Origin: Chrysomallon squamiferum
Lineage: Eukaryota > Animalia > Mollusca
NCBI GenBank assembly: GCA_012295275.1
Contig: CM022670.1
Location: forward strand, 32,674,001 to 32,738,000
Length of the DNA stretch: 64,000 bases
Reading direction: 5' to 3'
Part shown: piece by piece, positions 16,301 through 29,500 of the stretch
Layout: every line of letters starts with the position of its first letter
Position numbering within the stretch: the stretch's first letter is position 1
Position numbers and translations under genes: made by a program
The notes under the pieces: model-generated
The model's input: only the letters and a program-made list of their open reading frames with translations
Told to the model about the DNA's origin: nothing
Databases searched by the model: none

Positions 16301-19300
16301 GATATAAATACAATAGATGGGAGCATCATAAATTGATGAATCAAAATTACAACTTTTTATAACATGTAATTAGTCCATGATGTATATAACATAAACAAAA
16401 GGAAGTGAAAGTATATTTTAAAAAAATGTTTTTTACCTAGTTTTGGAACAGGAAACCAATTTTTAATAGTCTCAGTCTTAACCCTTCTATGTTCACAGCA
16501 TACCACCTGTGGAATCATTAAATGAAAATATTTTTATTTATTTAGGTTTTTTTTGGAAAAATATTCCAATAATCAAATAAGAGAAATAAAAGGAGTGAGA
16601 GTTGGAAGAACAGGGAGAGGGAGAAAGTTAGAGAGAGAGAAAAACAAAGAGAAAAGCAAGAGTGTGACAGAGAATGAGAGACAAAATGAGAGAGAGAAAG
16701 TGGGAATGACAAAGATAAAGGAAAAGATGAGTAAGAGAAAAAAGTGGAAGCTAGAAGATGTGATGAAGAAAGAAAGACAAGCACATATGTATTCCAGCCA
16801 GTGTGTGAACACTGATTACTTCTATTTACCTTGCTGGTGATACATTCATCAATATCGAGAAAGTGAATACATGATTCCTCTGTACACCCACTCTGACTGT
16901 GCAGTGAACATTCTTTCCAACATGGACACACTAAGCAGGTCTTGTAGGCTATTCTTTTCATCCACAGAGAACGTAGGTCAGATAACGTACATTCAAGAAA
17001 ATATCGCACCTGTAGAGAAAATCATAAACAAAAACTGATCTCAGATATGAAAGAGGACTAAAATAAGATGGAAATACATTAAAATTATTAATTGCACTTT
17101 GTTAACTGACCAGTAAAATTATAGTATTTTGAAACTTGTTATAATGTTTGTAGAAATGCAAATTAGATGTTATAAATATTTCTTTAAAAAAAATATACAT
17201 AAAAATAAAAATAATAAATTGTTTTACTGAAACTCAAAATTATAATGTAATGAAGAATGAAAATAATTAGCACATGATTAATGATATTAATGATAAAATT
17301 TAACTCACTTTGGCACAAGCTGCTGGTGTTGGGCTTCTTCTAGCTTCTGTTGTTGTTCTGTCTTTGCCATCACCAAGAAACATTACAACTACCTTTTAAA
17401 AAACAAAATGTTCAACTGTCATGTTAAAAAGGAATATTTGCTGATCATACTGTTTGATGCTAATTAAATAATGGCCATTATGTTTTGCTTTGTTTTACTA
17501 AATCTGAACTGTTATTGTATAATACAGGTAAACATTTCATTAAACAAACATGTTAAAGTAAACAATATATATAATAATAAATACAGTATATTAATACTTG
17601 TATTATGAATAATACTGCTTCTGATACATATTTTATAAATTTAAATTATAATGAATTTTATATATTATTTATGGAAATAACAAAACTAAGATGGAAAACT
17701 GGAAATAACTAAATATTTATTAACATATTTGGGATGTTTTTTTTTTAAATCATTTTAATCATTTGACCGGTTTGTAATCTGTTATATTCCAACAAAACAG
17801 TAGCCCAAAGTATCGGATTATTTACATTATGTATTATATTTATAAAGAAATGTTGATAAACTCATGAAATTTGTTTTGAAATATTTAGCTAAGAGATTAA
17901 TTGTTTTGTATGAAAATAGCTTATTACAGTTCTGCCTTCAAAACTTTTAAAATTACTATGATGTGTTTTAATTTATAAATATTTTCCTTAAAATTCACAT
18001 AACAAAATCAATAATAATAATTGCCTGGGTTATAAATCTGATAATCCACAACATCTCTAGACAATTTTCATTAAAATCATCCATCCACAGATAATAAATA
18101 AAAGGTTTTACCATAATTGAAACACTTGATAATTTTTTAATTTTGTTTCTTGATAAGAACGCCTAATACATATAATGACAATAAAGAAAATCATAAGTAA
18201 TATGTGCTGATAAAATGAATTTTGTAAATTCTTTTTACTTTTATTCTTTGATAACGTCGATGTGAAAGTTCCAAGACAAAATCATGGTCAGAATCAAGAT
18301 AAAACCTAGCCACCCTGCGGAAAAGGTGAAGGTCGCGTCCACCATTATCTTGTGACCATCTCACAGTCCGAGTTAAGATTCGAAAAAACAAGCCATCTGA
18401 GGATACAGAAATAGTAGGTACAAAACTAGAAACTAATATATAATAACAATAATAATATGAATAGTAATAGCTGTAATAGTAGTAGTAATAATAATAATAT
18501 TAACAATTTTTAAAAAATGAATAATTATTTATCTCAGGATCTCTATTTAAGATGTCAATAGTTTGACATCCAGATATTTAACAATGAAATTATTAAGTAA
18601 GTAACAATACCTGGTAAGAAACCATTAAAGTCCATGTAGAAGACTGCGTCATTTTCACTGTGCCTGTAAAGTCCTTGTTTATCCTGACACTTTCTTAGAC
18701 ACATGGGTACGTAATAGCTTTTTGTCTCCTGAAAATGAATCTTGAAAACAATTAAAACAGGTTTGTGTGTGAAATAATTTAAAACCAATAATTAAAAAAA
18801 AAAAAAAAGTAGAAATGATAAAAATTTCTAAATTATGAATCTTTAATTTGAATTGTAAAGTGAAATGAATAGAATGATCTTATAAATATTTGAAATAAAT
18901 AGTATAATATTATAAATATTCAAAATAAACAATGTAATATTATAAATATTTGAAATAAACAAGTATAACATTATAAACTTTTGAAATAAATAGTATAACA
19001 TTATAAGTATTTGAAATGAATCATTTGATTTGATAAATATTTGAAATAAACAGCACATCATCAACATCTGAAATGAATTTGATGATTTCGTAAATACTTC
19101 TGATTATGTGGCAAAACAATACTGTAAATCATCGAAATTCTGAAATTTTAAATTTCCATTTTGAAGCTTTACATAAATGCAATTTACCTGTCCTTGGGGT
19201 GGGAGTCTTTCTGAAATCAGGTCAAATGTCTCCATCAGTTGTAAAAGAAGTTGTTTCTGAATGAGTGCGTCTTCCCACAAAGTATCTATGAGAGGATCTT

Positions 19301-20883
19301 CCAGGATGCCATGTTCCAACAGCTGGACCCATTTGTCTGACAGGAGATTCCACTACAAAATCACATTCAAAAAGAAAAAACACATAAATAAAATTGGCTT
19401 AATAAAATATATGATCAAAACCTATAAAGATAGTAAAATAAGTTTTCTTCAAAAAACCTCACAAAACCATCAAACCTCCAAATATCTATTTAAAACAGTT
19501 AATCCTCTGAGAATGTGACATCTTTCTCAAATATCTTACAAATATTTTTAAAATTAGGAATCTGTAACAGGCATTTAATATCAATTAATGATCATAAAAT
19601 GATATGTAAGTAAGTGAATGCTCCACAGAATCTAAAATATCCTGCTAAAAGTTTAATTTATTAAATACTTAATATCTAAATGAATTTCAAAATAAAACAA
19701 CATTCAGACAGGTTCTAAAGTTATTTACAGTGAAAATTTGTTTTACTACTATGAAGGTGGTAAAGAAATAACCTTATCATTTGGTTTGTCTGTGGTGATG
19801 ATTCGTTTGAACATGTCAATGAGCCACTGTGGTTTTAACACCACTGTGTCCTGCAGCACACTGCTGCTTGAACTCAGGGCGTCATAGTGAATAACAACAC
19901 CAAGGTCATGATAGAACTCCAACATAGTCTGCACTTCTTCAGATGATGTGATATCATGGTTGTGGGCAATTTCAGAAATCTGTGGAAAAACAGAGAAACA
20001 TAAATTAAAGACAGATTTCATTCGTATGTTATTAAAATAAAATGTCTTTAAAGTGCAGGAAAAGGTTTTAGGAATGTTGTTTTAAATATTAATGGGGTTG
20101 AAAAATAATTTTAAAAAATCTACTACATTTAAAAAAATAAATATTATTAAATTAGTTTCCATTCATATTTTATCAAATGAACTAATTGTAATTTAGATAA
20201 CTTTTTTAAAAATTCAGTAAATTTAGTTTTGAGTTTTTGGAAATTTGATTTCAATATCAATGGTTATAAGAAAAAAAATTAAGAAGGAAATTTAGACTAT
20301 CATGAATGATGACAAGAAATGATAAAAAAAAAAAAAAAAAACCATTTTATATTCAATTTTTTAACTGAACCATTATAATAATTCTATAATGCAAATCAGA
20401 ACAAATTAACTGACTAAACAATGAATACTGTAAATCTTATTACCTGCTCATAGGTGGCAAAGTTTGTTCCTGTGTCAGCTAGATGAACAATCTCCTGCTC
20501 AAATTTTAACCACTTAATTGGAATTTGTTCTCCCATGTATGGCTCTCTATGAGCCACTTTTTCTATTTCTTCTCTTAGCAAGTCAATCTGGAAACAAATT
20601 TATAAACATCACAATATGTTTGGAAACCATTCTGTTTATCACCTGCTTATTCATCATTAATGTCAAATTAACCACCATAGTGAATTTTGGGGGGTTTTTT
20701 GGTTTTATTTATTTATTTATTATTATTATTATTATTATTTTTACCTGTGGATCTTCTCCCAGCTCATAATTGTTTTCCACTGCAAAAAATGGTGTCACGA
20801 TGTGCTGAGCATAGGGTTTACCAGTAATAAACTCTCTTAACTGTCCAAACTTTTCTTCTACCTGTGTAACAAAATTAAAACAA

Positions 20884-20915
<32 letters not shown>

Positions 20916-23900
20916 AGTATAGAGAAAACTAAGACTGATACATCATAGTGAATATCTAAAGTCTGTTTAATTATAATATTGCTATATCTATTGTAAAATA
21001 AAAAAAAAAAAAAATAAACATTAACTAAATACTTATGATGATGATGATGATAATTAGAATCACATACAAAACAATTAACAGATTATCTAAAGTTATCAAT
21101 CATAAATAAATGCATTAATGACTGAAACTCATCTATAATATCTAGTTTCATTTAATGCATCTGTGAAGTGATTTAAATAAAAATATAACTTTGCACAATT
21201 GCAAGAAAATGTTTAATATTAAACTGTTATACTGAATATCTTTTTAAATTTGTTTTTAGTTTCAGTCATTAATATATGAGAAAACTGACCCTTTGATTTT
21301 GTGTTTGAAAATCTGGGTGAAGACTGTTTCGGTGGGTGCCTACAATGAAGATTGGTGGTGACAACTTGATGTTGTCAACACTATTTCTTGTATTTTCAGC
21401 TGCATGGCTGTGAATGGATCTCATCCAGAAGTCCATATACTCTAGCACTGATAATTCCTCTTCATTTTCAGACTATAACATTAAGAATAAATTAAAATAA
21501 TTAACAAATATGTTCTGTTGATTATATTTGTTTTACAATATTTGTTTTTAAATCTAAAACATACATTATTTAGAAACATAGAGTAAATTTCTGTGAGGTA
21601 CGTATTCAAATTATTAAATATTGTTGGCACTGGATTATTTATTTTTAAAAAGATTTTGTAAAACACAAATACATTAATCATTCAAATCTTTAAGTGATAG
21701 ATTTTTATTTAGACTTTGTTGTTACTCATATTTCACCTGTATTTTGCTTTCTCCATCACTATTAACAAGGTCATCATTCAAATTGAAAACTATAACATAG
21801 ACAGCTCGCGATGTAAGGAACACCTGAAACAGATTTTTTAAAGGTTAAATAAATTTATATATATGAAAAAAAATATTAAGTATAATATAATGTTGGCATT
21901 TAAAAAATAAGTTATGAGTAATTATAATATACATTGTGGGTTTTTAATGATGAAAAAGTGTCCTTTATATAGTTTCATTTATTAATAAATAAATGTAAAA
22001 TAATTTTACTTCAAATACAGCAAACACAAATAAAATAAAAGTGTACACACGCAAACACATTATTATTATGATAAACTTTGGAATAATAGATATTTCTGGA
22101 TAGTGCTAAATTAAAATCTGTAATTTAATATATCAAAATTAACAAAGCTTTATTCCTCATAAAGACTGATTTATAGATTTCTAAATTACCAAAACAATTT
22201 CCTGAAAATATCTTAATGTCAATCAACAGCATTATCATAAGAAAATACACATATTTATACAAATACAAATACCTATACATTTACATATATTCCTTTTCAT
22301 ATAGGATTACATTGTAATACACAATGTATATTTTACTATGAATATAAATTGTTGTTGCTTTTAAACTTTATAACAAACACTATATAGTAACACATATATA
22401 TTGATTTGTATAATTAAATTAATTAAGTATAGTTATTTCTCTAATGTTAACCAATATCGTCTATGCTAATTTTTATGCTTAACACACACACACACACCCA
22501 CTCACCAACACACACACACACAAACACTTACACACTAGTTTTTGTTTTCAATACTAATTTGACGAGTGACATAACTCACAGCTTGGCATTCAAATCCCAC
22601 ATATTTAACAGCCACTGATATTTTATATCTTCACTGTTTTGCTTTAGTTTTTTTACGTTTCACCTACACCTACACACAATAATTATCCATAATAAACAAA
22701 ATGATTTATTTAAATAATAACCTGATGAGTGGTATAATACACAGCTTGGCCTGCAAAATCCCAGATGTTTAAAACGACTTTCTGACATCTCTCTAACTTC
22801 AGAAGATCTGCACCGTTTGTCTTGTTAGAGCTGTTTTCTTTTAACATCTCCTGTACAAGCTCCACCACACGACTTGGTATGTCTGTCATTACGTCAGGAG
22901 GAATTTTAACATTTTCAAGAACAGTGGTTGTGGAATTTGACTGTTTTGTAAAATGTGTTTTTGCATCCTGCAAGCATATTTTAAAAATATTTTTCTTTTA
23001 TTAAGGTTTTAGATTTAACTGTTTTTAAAGAATAAATTATCTTCAAATGTTATTCCTTAATATAAGTGAAGAGCTAACTAGTTTAAAGGGAAGACAACAA
23101 AGAATAAAATGCACGTAGTTTTAAAATGTGTCAAGTTTTGCAAAAAATTGTAATTTATAATTATTTCACATTCTGACAAATAAAAAATAATTTTGAAAAT
23201 TAATGTAAATAAATTCTCAATTAGGCTTTAAAAACTTTAACAAACCTTGACTTAATCATTAACATCTTTGGGAAAGCATAAGAAAAATATAATTTATTTT
23301 TAAGAAAAAAAAAAGGAAAAAAAGAAAAAGAAGAAGCCTAAGAGTAAGAAATTAATTTTAACAGATGATCAATAATAGTGAATAATAACAATAAAAAGAA
23401 AAATATTAAAATAATTATTAAATATAAGGAAATAAAATATTATAGACATTGCTTTCTTTTTTAATGTCCAAATGTCAAAAGGATTTTAAAGTTGATCCAC
23501 TGAAAGAAAAATGCAGTTTGACAACTGAATCAATACTTTTTTCCTGTCATCTTGAAATGAGACAAGAAAGAAAACAAAAAATCATTATTATAAGTATTTA
23601 GAAGAGAACAGTAATTCAAGATTCACTGTACACAATTTTGTAATGAGACTTGTATCAAAAATCAATAGAGTTAATTTGTTCGACACAACATTTACTTAAA
23701 TATCAATAGGAGTTTTCTTGCTCTACATTTAGGGTTACCTAATTCTTGAGACATTACACAGAATATTGATTCTAACCTCAACACTGAGTGCACATCCATG
23801 AAAAGAAAAAATCAGATGCATGCACAATGGTAGACTAATTAAATTTGATGTCTATTGTCTGTTTTATGATATCAGCATTCAGTCAGTGCAGAAAGGAAAC

Positions 23901-26500
23901 ATATAGAAGAAAAGCTATTTATAACCTATTACTAATATCTTTTTAATGTATAATGCCATAATCAAACACAAATTAACACACATAGTGTATATCAGTTGAC
24001 AATAAAAAGAAAAGAAAAAACAAAAATAATAATCAAACATATTAATGTTAATTAAAAGGCTATAAATGACTACTTTTTAATTTATTTTTGTCTGCAGTTC
24101 TCCGACATTTATACTAAAACTGTAAAATTATTATATTTGTTTCTGAATTATTTCTAGGTGATTACTTAATATCTGAAAGTTATTATTTTTTTCATGATCA
24201 CAAAGTTATTATTACTCACATCCAGAACCATCAGGCTAAAAAATACTTTTATAATTTCAGTGAATTGAGACCACAAAACAGTAATTTCCTTTTTCTTTCT
24301 TTCTTTTTTTCCCTTCCCCCTCCATTATAAAAATAACTTTTATCTACTTTGACTATTATTACCTTTGAAATGTTTTCTTCAGAACCAGTTATTGATGATC
24401 TTTTTACTGGATTGGGAGATTTTCCAGCTTCATTAACTTGCCGTTTCTGATACAGTAATTCTTGAACAATGTTAGTTGCTATAGCTTTGTGATATTCCTC
24501 TTCAATTCCATCTGAACCACCTTAACATAATAAAAAACCAAAAAATAGGACCTCTAATCATATTAATTTATATTATTTTGTAAATACATAATCTAATCTG
24601 TGCTATACTTCTCAGAAAGTTTATCAAAAATATATTCATTACAGATGCCCAATTAGTGTCTGTTACTAGTAGATCACCCAAAGCAAAACTGTGTAAACCA
24701 TCTTCTTTGTCTAAAAAGTTTGCTTATATTTATAATTTCTATAATAAAAACCCATTTCTTTGCCTAAAGTATTTTTCAGGTATTTCAACATTACTGTAAG
24801 TGAGATGAAAGCATACAAATTATAAAATAATAAATTTAAAATATTTATTACCTAAAATGCCTAAATTCTTTCTGTCATCCTCTGTTTCTTCTGTGACTGT
24901 ATCTTCTCCCTTGATAGCCAGTTTCCAGGATGATCGGTTATTTAGATTGAAAGAACATGATGATGAGAGGTCAATTCCATCTGTCCTTTCTTCAGAGTCA
25001 TTTTGACTATATAAAAAAAAAGGTAAAACATATCTACACTAACATTTCAGTGCAATGAAAAAACCCACATTAGTTCTCAGTCTAATCATAAATTTGCTCA
25101 AGCTACTCTTTAACGCAGAGTTAACAGGCAGAAATAAAAATTAAAACTGATTAAAATATTTCAGAAACCAACCTCTATATGGAAGGGTTGTAAATACTGT
25201 AGAAGTCATTTCTAGGGAGTGTTTTGCACTTTTTACTTATTATTATTATTATATTTATCAATTATAGCATAAATGTGTGTGTTTATGTGTGTTTTTGTTT
25301 GTTTAGTTCAAGGCAAGGTAACTGCATGGAATATAGATGATCTACCTTTGGCCTGTGAGGGACTTCTTTAAGCTTGTTTTCCCAACCCTGTCTTTTCCAA
25401 CAAGCATTAGTCGGGTGCGGTACACTGACTGTGTTCCTGACTGACATGATTTCTCGTAGGCTTCTATTGCCTTAGGACCTCTTGCTGTTATTTCTTTTGG
25501 AGCATCATCTGAGTAATAAATATGTAGCAGAATGTAATATGACAAACAATCTTACTTCAGAAAAAATTCAGAGAACATATTAACAAATGACTGAAAAAGC
25601 AAAAGAAATAAGCTTGGATTATATTGTAACAGATGTTGAAAGATCCATCTTTTGAAAGTTTGATCTAACCCATGTCAGAGATTAACATATTGTTGAATAT
25701 TGCTTTAAACTGCATTTATACTTTAGTATCTTCAACATCAGTTGTTTCAGAAACATTCTGATGGTCAGAAGCACTATTTCTAAGTCATTCATTTATACAT
25801 CATATTAAAGCAAAAACATAATTCAAAAATGATGGTAGCCTTTTTCATTTTACACACACACACACACACACACTATATATATATATGTATAAAATATTAA
25901 TAAAATATTAATAGTCATGGACATTTTGTCTTAGGAAACTTTATATATCGAATTCCAACAATAAGTAAATTATGTATCAATTGATAATAGATAAGATGTG
26001 ATTTTAGAAGTATATAAAATACAAATTAACATACCTGACTTAACAAACTTGGCACTGTTTGTGTTACCATATATGTCCAGCAGTAACCACAGTGGTTGAT
26101 TTGTTGGTAGGTTGGATAGGAGAACTCCTTTATGCTCTCCATCTACAAAAAGTTGGAGCTGACCAGCTTGTGTTATATAGAATGTCACTTTAGAACCTGT
26201 TGAGATGAAATTTTCGTTCAATGACCTGACCCAATAGCCCTCCTTTTCAGTAAGATCTGGATATGCATATTTAGGAATATCATCTTCACTGAGAGTCTCT
26301 GGATTGACTGTTGTTAGTCCTATCCGTACAGCCCCACTCCATGCTGTAATGCATGAAAGCTCCACAGAATATCTTTTACCAATGCTAACTGGCTCTTGTC
26401 CAAACACAATTCCATTACAGAAGTGTGCTTCTGTCCTTGTAGCCCGCAGTTTATCACTGGACAGTGAGACAGCCTTCCCATGAACATGGTGAAATTTCAT
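13384..26500 (-). CDS. Kinase-less Roco protein: NHR(Neuralized)-Roc-COR-Cys/His cluster-Death-TIR-CaaX, ~1242 aa. Exons (minus): 26500-26035, 25508-25346, 25006-24852, 24520-24363, 22967-22722, 21823-21737, 21472-21290, 20861-20745, 20587-20444, 19979-19773, 19352-19188, 18728-18611, 18396-18239, 17392-17309, 17009-16830, 16506-16437, 15942-15784, 15354-15181, 14692-14514, 14169-13992, 13721-13384
   Basis: 21 GT-AG exons join in one open frame (3729 nt including stop). Motifs: MKFHHVHGKAVSLS...FCNGIVF...LWLLLDIYG (NHR); RLMLVGKDRVGKTSL (P-loop); RTDGID; IWDFAGQ..YY.TH.VFLT; IFIVGTH; MGEQIPIKWL, FYHDLG, LKPQWL (COR); DWIALAKLMGY...LLTDW...LEQLSRDDIVDII (Death); VFISYQWD...CWMDIGQM...SHHCNREL...PVIPI (TIR); ends KCAVCIVL*. 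Confidence 0.9.
13992..14692 (-). other. TIR domain (TIR_2-like, two exons)
   Basis: VFISY box 1, L...GFSCWMD, I..GI..SKVVIACITPKY..S..C..EL..A....KPVIPI. Confidence 0.88.
15181..15942 (-). other. Death domain (two exons)
   Basis: AAKLLNGG..DWIALAKLMGYKLSQIDKINEDLNPSLVLLTDWILSSGNTNLSVDLLCVYLEQLSRDDIVDIIQ fits the six-helix Death-domain pattern (DW..LA..LG, LL..W, L...L..L.R.D.V..I). Confidence 0.85.
16437..25508 (-). other. Roc GTPase + COR tandem with Cys/His-rich tail
   Basis: G1 GKDRVGKTS (exon 25508-25346); switch I RTDGID (25006-24852); G3 WDFAGQ (22967-22722); G4 GTHRN (21340-21326); COR motifs IPIKWL, FYHDLG, PQWL, YYVP, FLPDGLF; Cys/His cluster at 17009-16437. Confidence 0.9.
18851..19100. 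repeat. ~30-bp degenerate minisatellite (about 8 units) in a Roco intron
   Basis: Repeated unit approximately TATAAATATTTGAAATAAATAGTATAATAT. Confidence 0.8.
26035..26500 (-). other. Neuralized homology repeat (NHR) domain, encoded by one exon of the Roco gene
   Basis: FH-x-x-HG start, FCNGIVF-x-x-x-P, WSGAVRIGLT-x-x-x-P, GYWV and LWLLLDIYG match the Neuralized/NHR pattern. Confidence 0.88.
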
Positions 26501-26568
26501 CTTGTAGAACTCATCAGTTCTTCAAATTCATCCATTCTGACTTCATTATCTTTTGCAGTTAGGTGCAT
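26497..26568 (-). promoter_or_regulatory. 23-codon upstream ORF whose TGA overlaps the Roco start codon (ATGA)
   Basis: Minus strand GCC ATG CAC CTA...ACA AGA TGA encodes MHLTAKDNEVRMDEFEELMSSTR*; its TGA (26499-26497) overlaps the main ATG (26500-26498). Confidence 0.6.
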
Positions 26569-29500
26569 GGCTAAATTAATCAATAGTAATACACATCTTT
26601 AACAAAACTGCTGCCACAGGTGGAGTTATAACACAAACAAAAAACAGTGGTCGATGATAATCAACAGAATGCTGATCTAAGTAGATAAAACATCAGCAGA
26701 TTTGAAATGTATTGCTGTACATGCCAATATCAAAACAGATGATGTATAGCTGCCTTTTAAATACATTTTATGTGCCAACTTGAGACAACATTCGTAATTC
26801 TTCTATGACAATCATCTGTAAGAAAAAAAGATATACATGTAACAGTAGAAAAAAACACAACATTAATCAATAGGATATGGAATACAATCCTTCTTGAGCA
26901 AACTAATGCCTATAAAGGATAGGAATTTCTCCAATTAAATTAGTTACTCAATTTTCAAACATCAAAGTTTCCATTACTACCTTTAGTTTATTTATGTTCC
27001 ACAAATTATGTTATTTTACAAAAGAATTATTTCTTCTTCAACAAATATTTATCTATATCTATTTATTTTTTATCTGTTAGGCTTATACTATTACTGATAA
27101 ATTTAAACTATTTTTTAAATAATCAACTGTTGAAAAAATAATAAAAAGAAAACCATACCAATATTACTTTCTTCTACAAAATTCTAATTCAAATGATTAA
27201 GTAAAATTGATCTGTTCAAAAATGTTCTTTACCATATTATTTTTCCAAGAGCCATTATTTAACCTTACAACCAATACTTGACATATTACATAACATTTTC
27301 TTTTGATAGATACTGAACCCATTAAAATTTTCAATACAATTCTCCAAAACAGGACAGTTATTTTTAAAGATTACTTAATTTTATTATGCAGTATTAATAA
27401 GAACTATAAGTTTATACATGTTCAGGATCAAATTTTATATCTTCTATTGATATTGTTAAATAGGAGTACCAAAAGATCAAATGACTTACGCAATTATAAT
27501 ATAGATAATCAAAATGTTAACTAGACCATAAATGAAATATCTTTATTAAATATCTATTATGACAAAGACTTTTAATGAAGAATGCTTAAATTGGGAGTGG
27601 AAAATAACACTGCTTGAAAGCCTGTGTAATACAAATCAAGTTCAAGCCGATTAAATGAAACAGGAAGTCTCTTATTTATATAAAAAAAAATACACTTCAA
27701 ATAACAGTCTTGCTGGTGCATAAATATTTTATCGATACACAACAGAGAATACAATTTTTGGTATACAAAGCCTAGCAACACAATTGGATAGTACATATAT
27801 TGATCTGTTTAAGTAAAGAACATTTTCATTTAAAACAGTTTACAAACATTTGCAGTTCATGCAGTTTATTTGGGTTGGAGGAAGGAGTTACTGTTGTTAT
27901 GCCAGTGAAGAAAAAACATTATGATTAATAAACAGTTTAAGGTGACATTAGGATCTAAATACAATTGTTTGATTATTTATTGTATTAAACATTATATTTA
28001 TTTATTTATTCATTCATTCATTATTTAGCTTGTTGTTTTTATTAGTTTCCAAGTCAAATTTACAAAAAATAATAAGAACTTCTTAATCATGAATAAGGCA
28101 TTGTTTTAAGCATATTCATAAACAATTTTAGAAAAGACATCCCACAAAAATGTCATTTTATTACATAATACATTCGATTTCACAAAATTGTTTTGTATAT
28201 ATTACAATTTGAAAAATGCCTAGGTAAATACTTTTTTATTTATATATAATTTTATATATTTATTTTCACATTTAATAACACCTATCTATTTATTGTCATT
28301 TAAACCATAAAAATTCAATTGTGGACACATTCATTAATGCAAGCCTGTCAATGTCAACACATTTTTTAAAATAATTAATTAATACAGACTACCAGTTATT
28401 GAACAGGGGATATAAACTTTTTTACCAGTAAATAAATAAATAAATAATATATATGAATAAACTTAGTGTTATTTTAATTTCCTATTCAAAGCAACTGTTT
28501 TAGTTTGTACAGAAAGGCAGCAGTGATTCTACATCCAAATGCAAATTCAATTTATATTTGATAAAGAAAATATTCAAATTAACAAGGAGGAATTTAGAAT
28601 ATTCAGATTTAAGCTAGTGACACTTTGGTCAGTTTTAATACTTGAACTTAATAATTATTGCATATAAATATATTTTAAAGCAATGATACTTACAATTATT
28701 TTTGGCATCTCTAAAACAATTCAATTTATTTCAATTGTTATTTATTATAATTCTGTTAATAAAAGAATGAATTCATTGGGTTATTTCCATTGTAGCTGAT
28801 TTGTTTATTAAAGACAATATGTGTGCTTTCCAGTCTTTGAGAAAGTGGAGTGGTGACAGTGATTTCAGATCATTATGATACCAACAATTTATTCTTGACA
28901 CTTAATATCTGTTAATAGAAAAATGCTCTAAATTATTTATTCATCATGTTTCACAACAAATCAATAACTATTAAAATATTCATTAATTATAATTATATAA
29001 AAAACAAATTTGACACCTTATAACAATTAATATCAAATGGGTTATTATGCAACTATTCATTCATTTGTAATTAGTATTAAAACAAATTATGTCTCACACT
29101 TAATAACTGTTAAGTACTATTATAAAGGGTCAAGTTTTATCATAAATTCATTTAATATATCATTGCAAACAAGCTACAGGACAACAATTTTTTAACTCAT
29201 TCAGAGTCTTTATAGTTTTTACTAATTCATTCATTATACTTCTAGGTATTAATAATGTGTAATTCCCAAAGTATACACTTTCAAAAAGGTTTCCTACCCC
29301 AGCCATATCATCCTTATTATGTTGATAATTAATGTTTTACAACCAAAATATATGCATTCTTTCACTGTATACACAACTAACCCCCCTGAAGATAAAAATA
29401 ATGATAATAATAAAAGTATCTTTGGTCTGAGAAACAGAGAGTCAGACATAAAATTCTGAATGTTTTGTTAATATAATGAACTAGCAGGTCATCTTCTATC

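Noticed and set aside
16553-16840. Lys/Glu/Arg-rich plus-strand ORF and Phe/Leu/Ser-rich minus-strand ORF
   Set aside because: Products of a GA-rich low-complexity intron; only 17009-16830 is exon.
18843-19100. Regular ~30-bp periodicity and a 74-aa ORF
   Set aside because: AT-rich minisatellite without unique spacers; not CRISPR and not coding.
23738-23790. Possible extra Roco exon (donor AG|GTAACC on the minus strand)
   Set aside because: No acceptor gives a stop-free exon compatible with the flanking phase-0 junctions.
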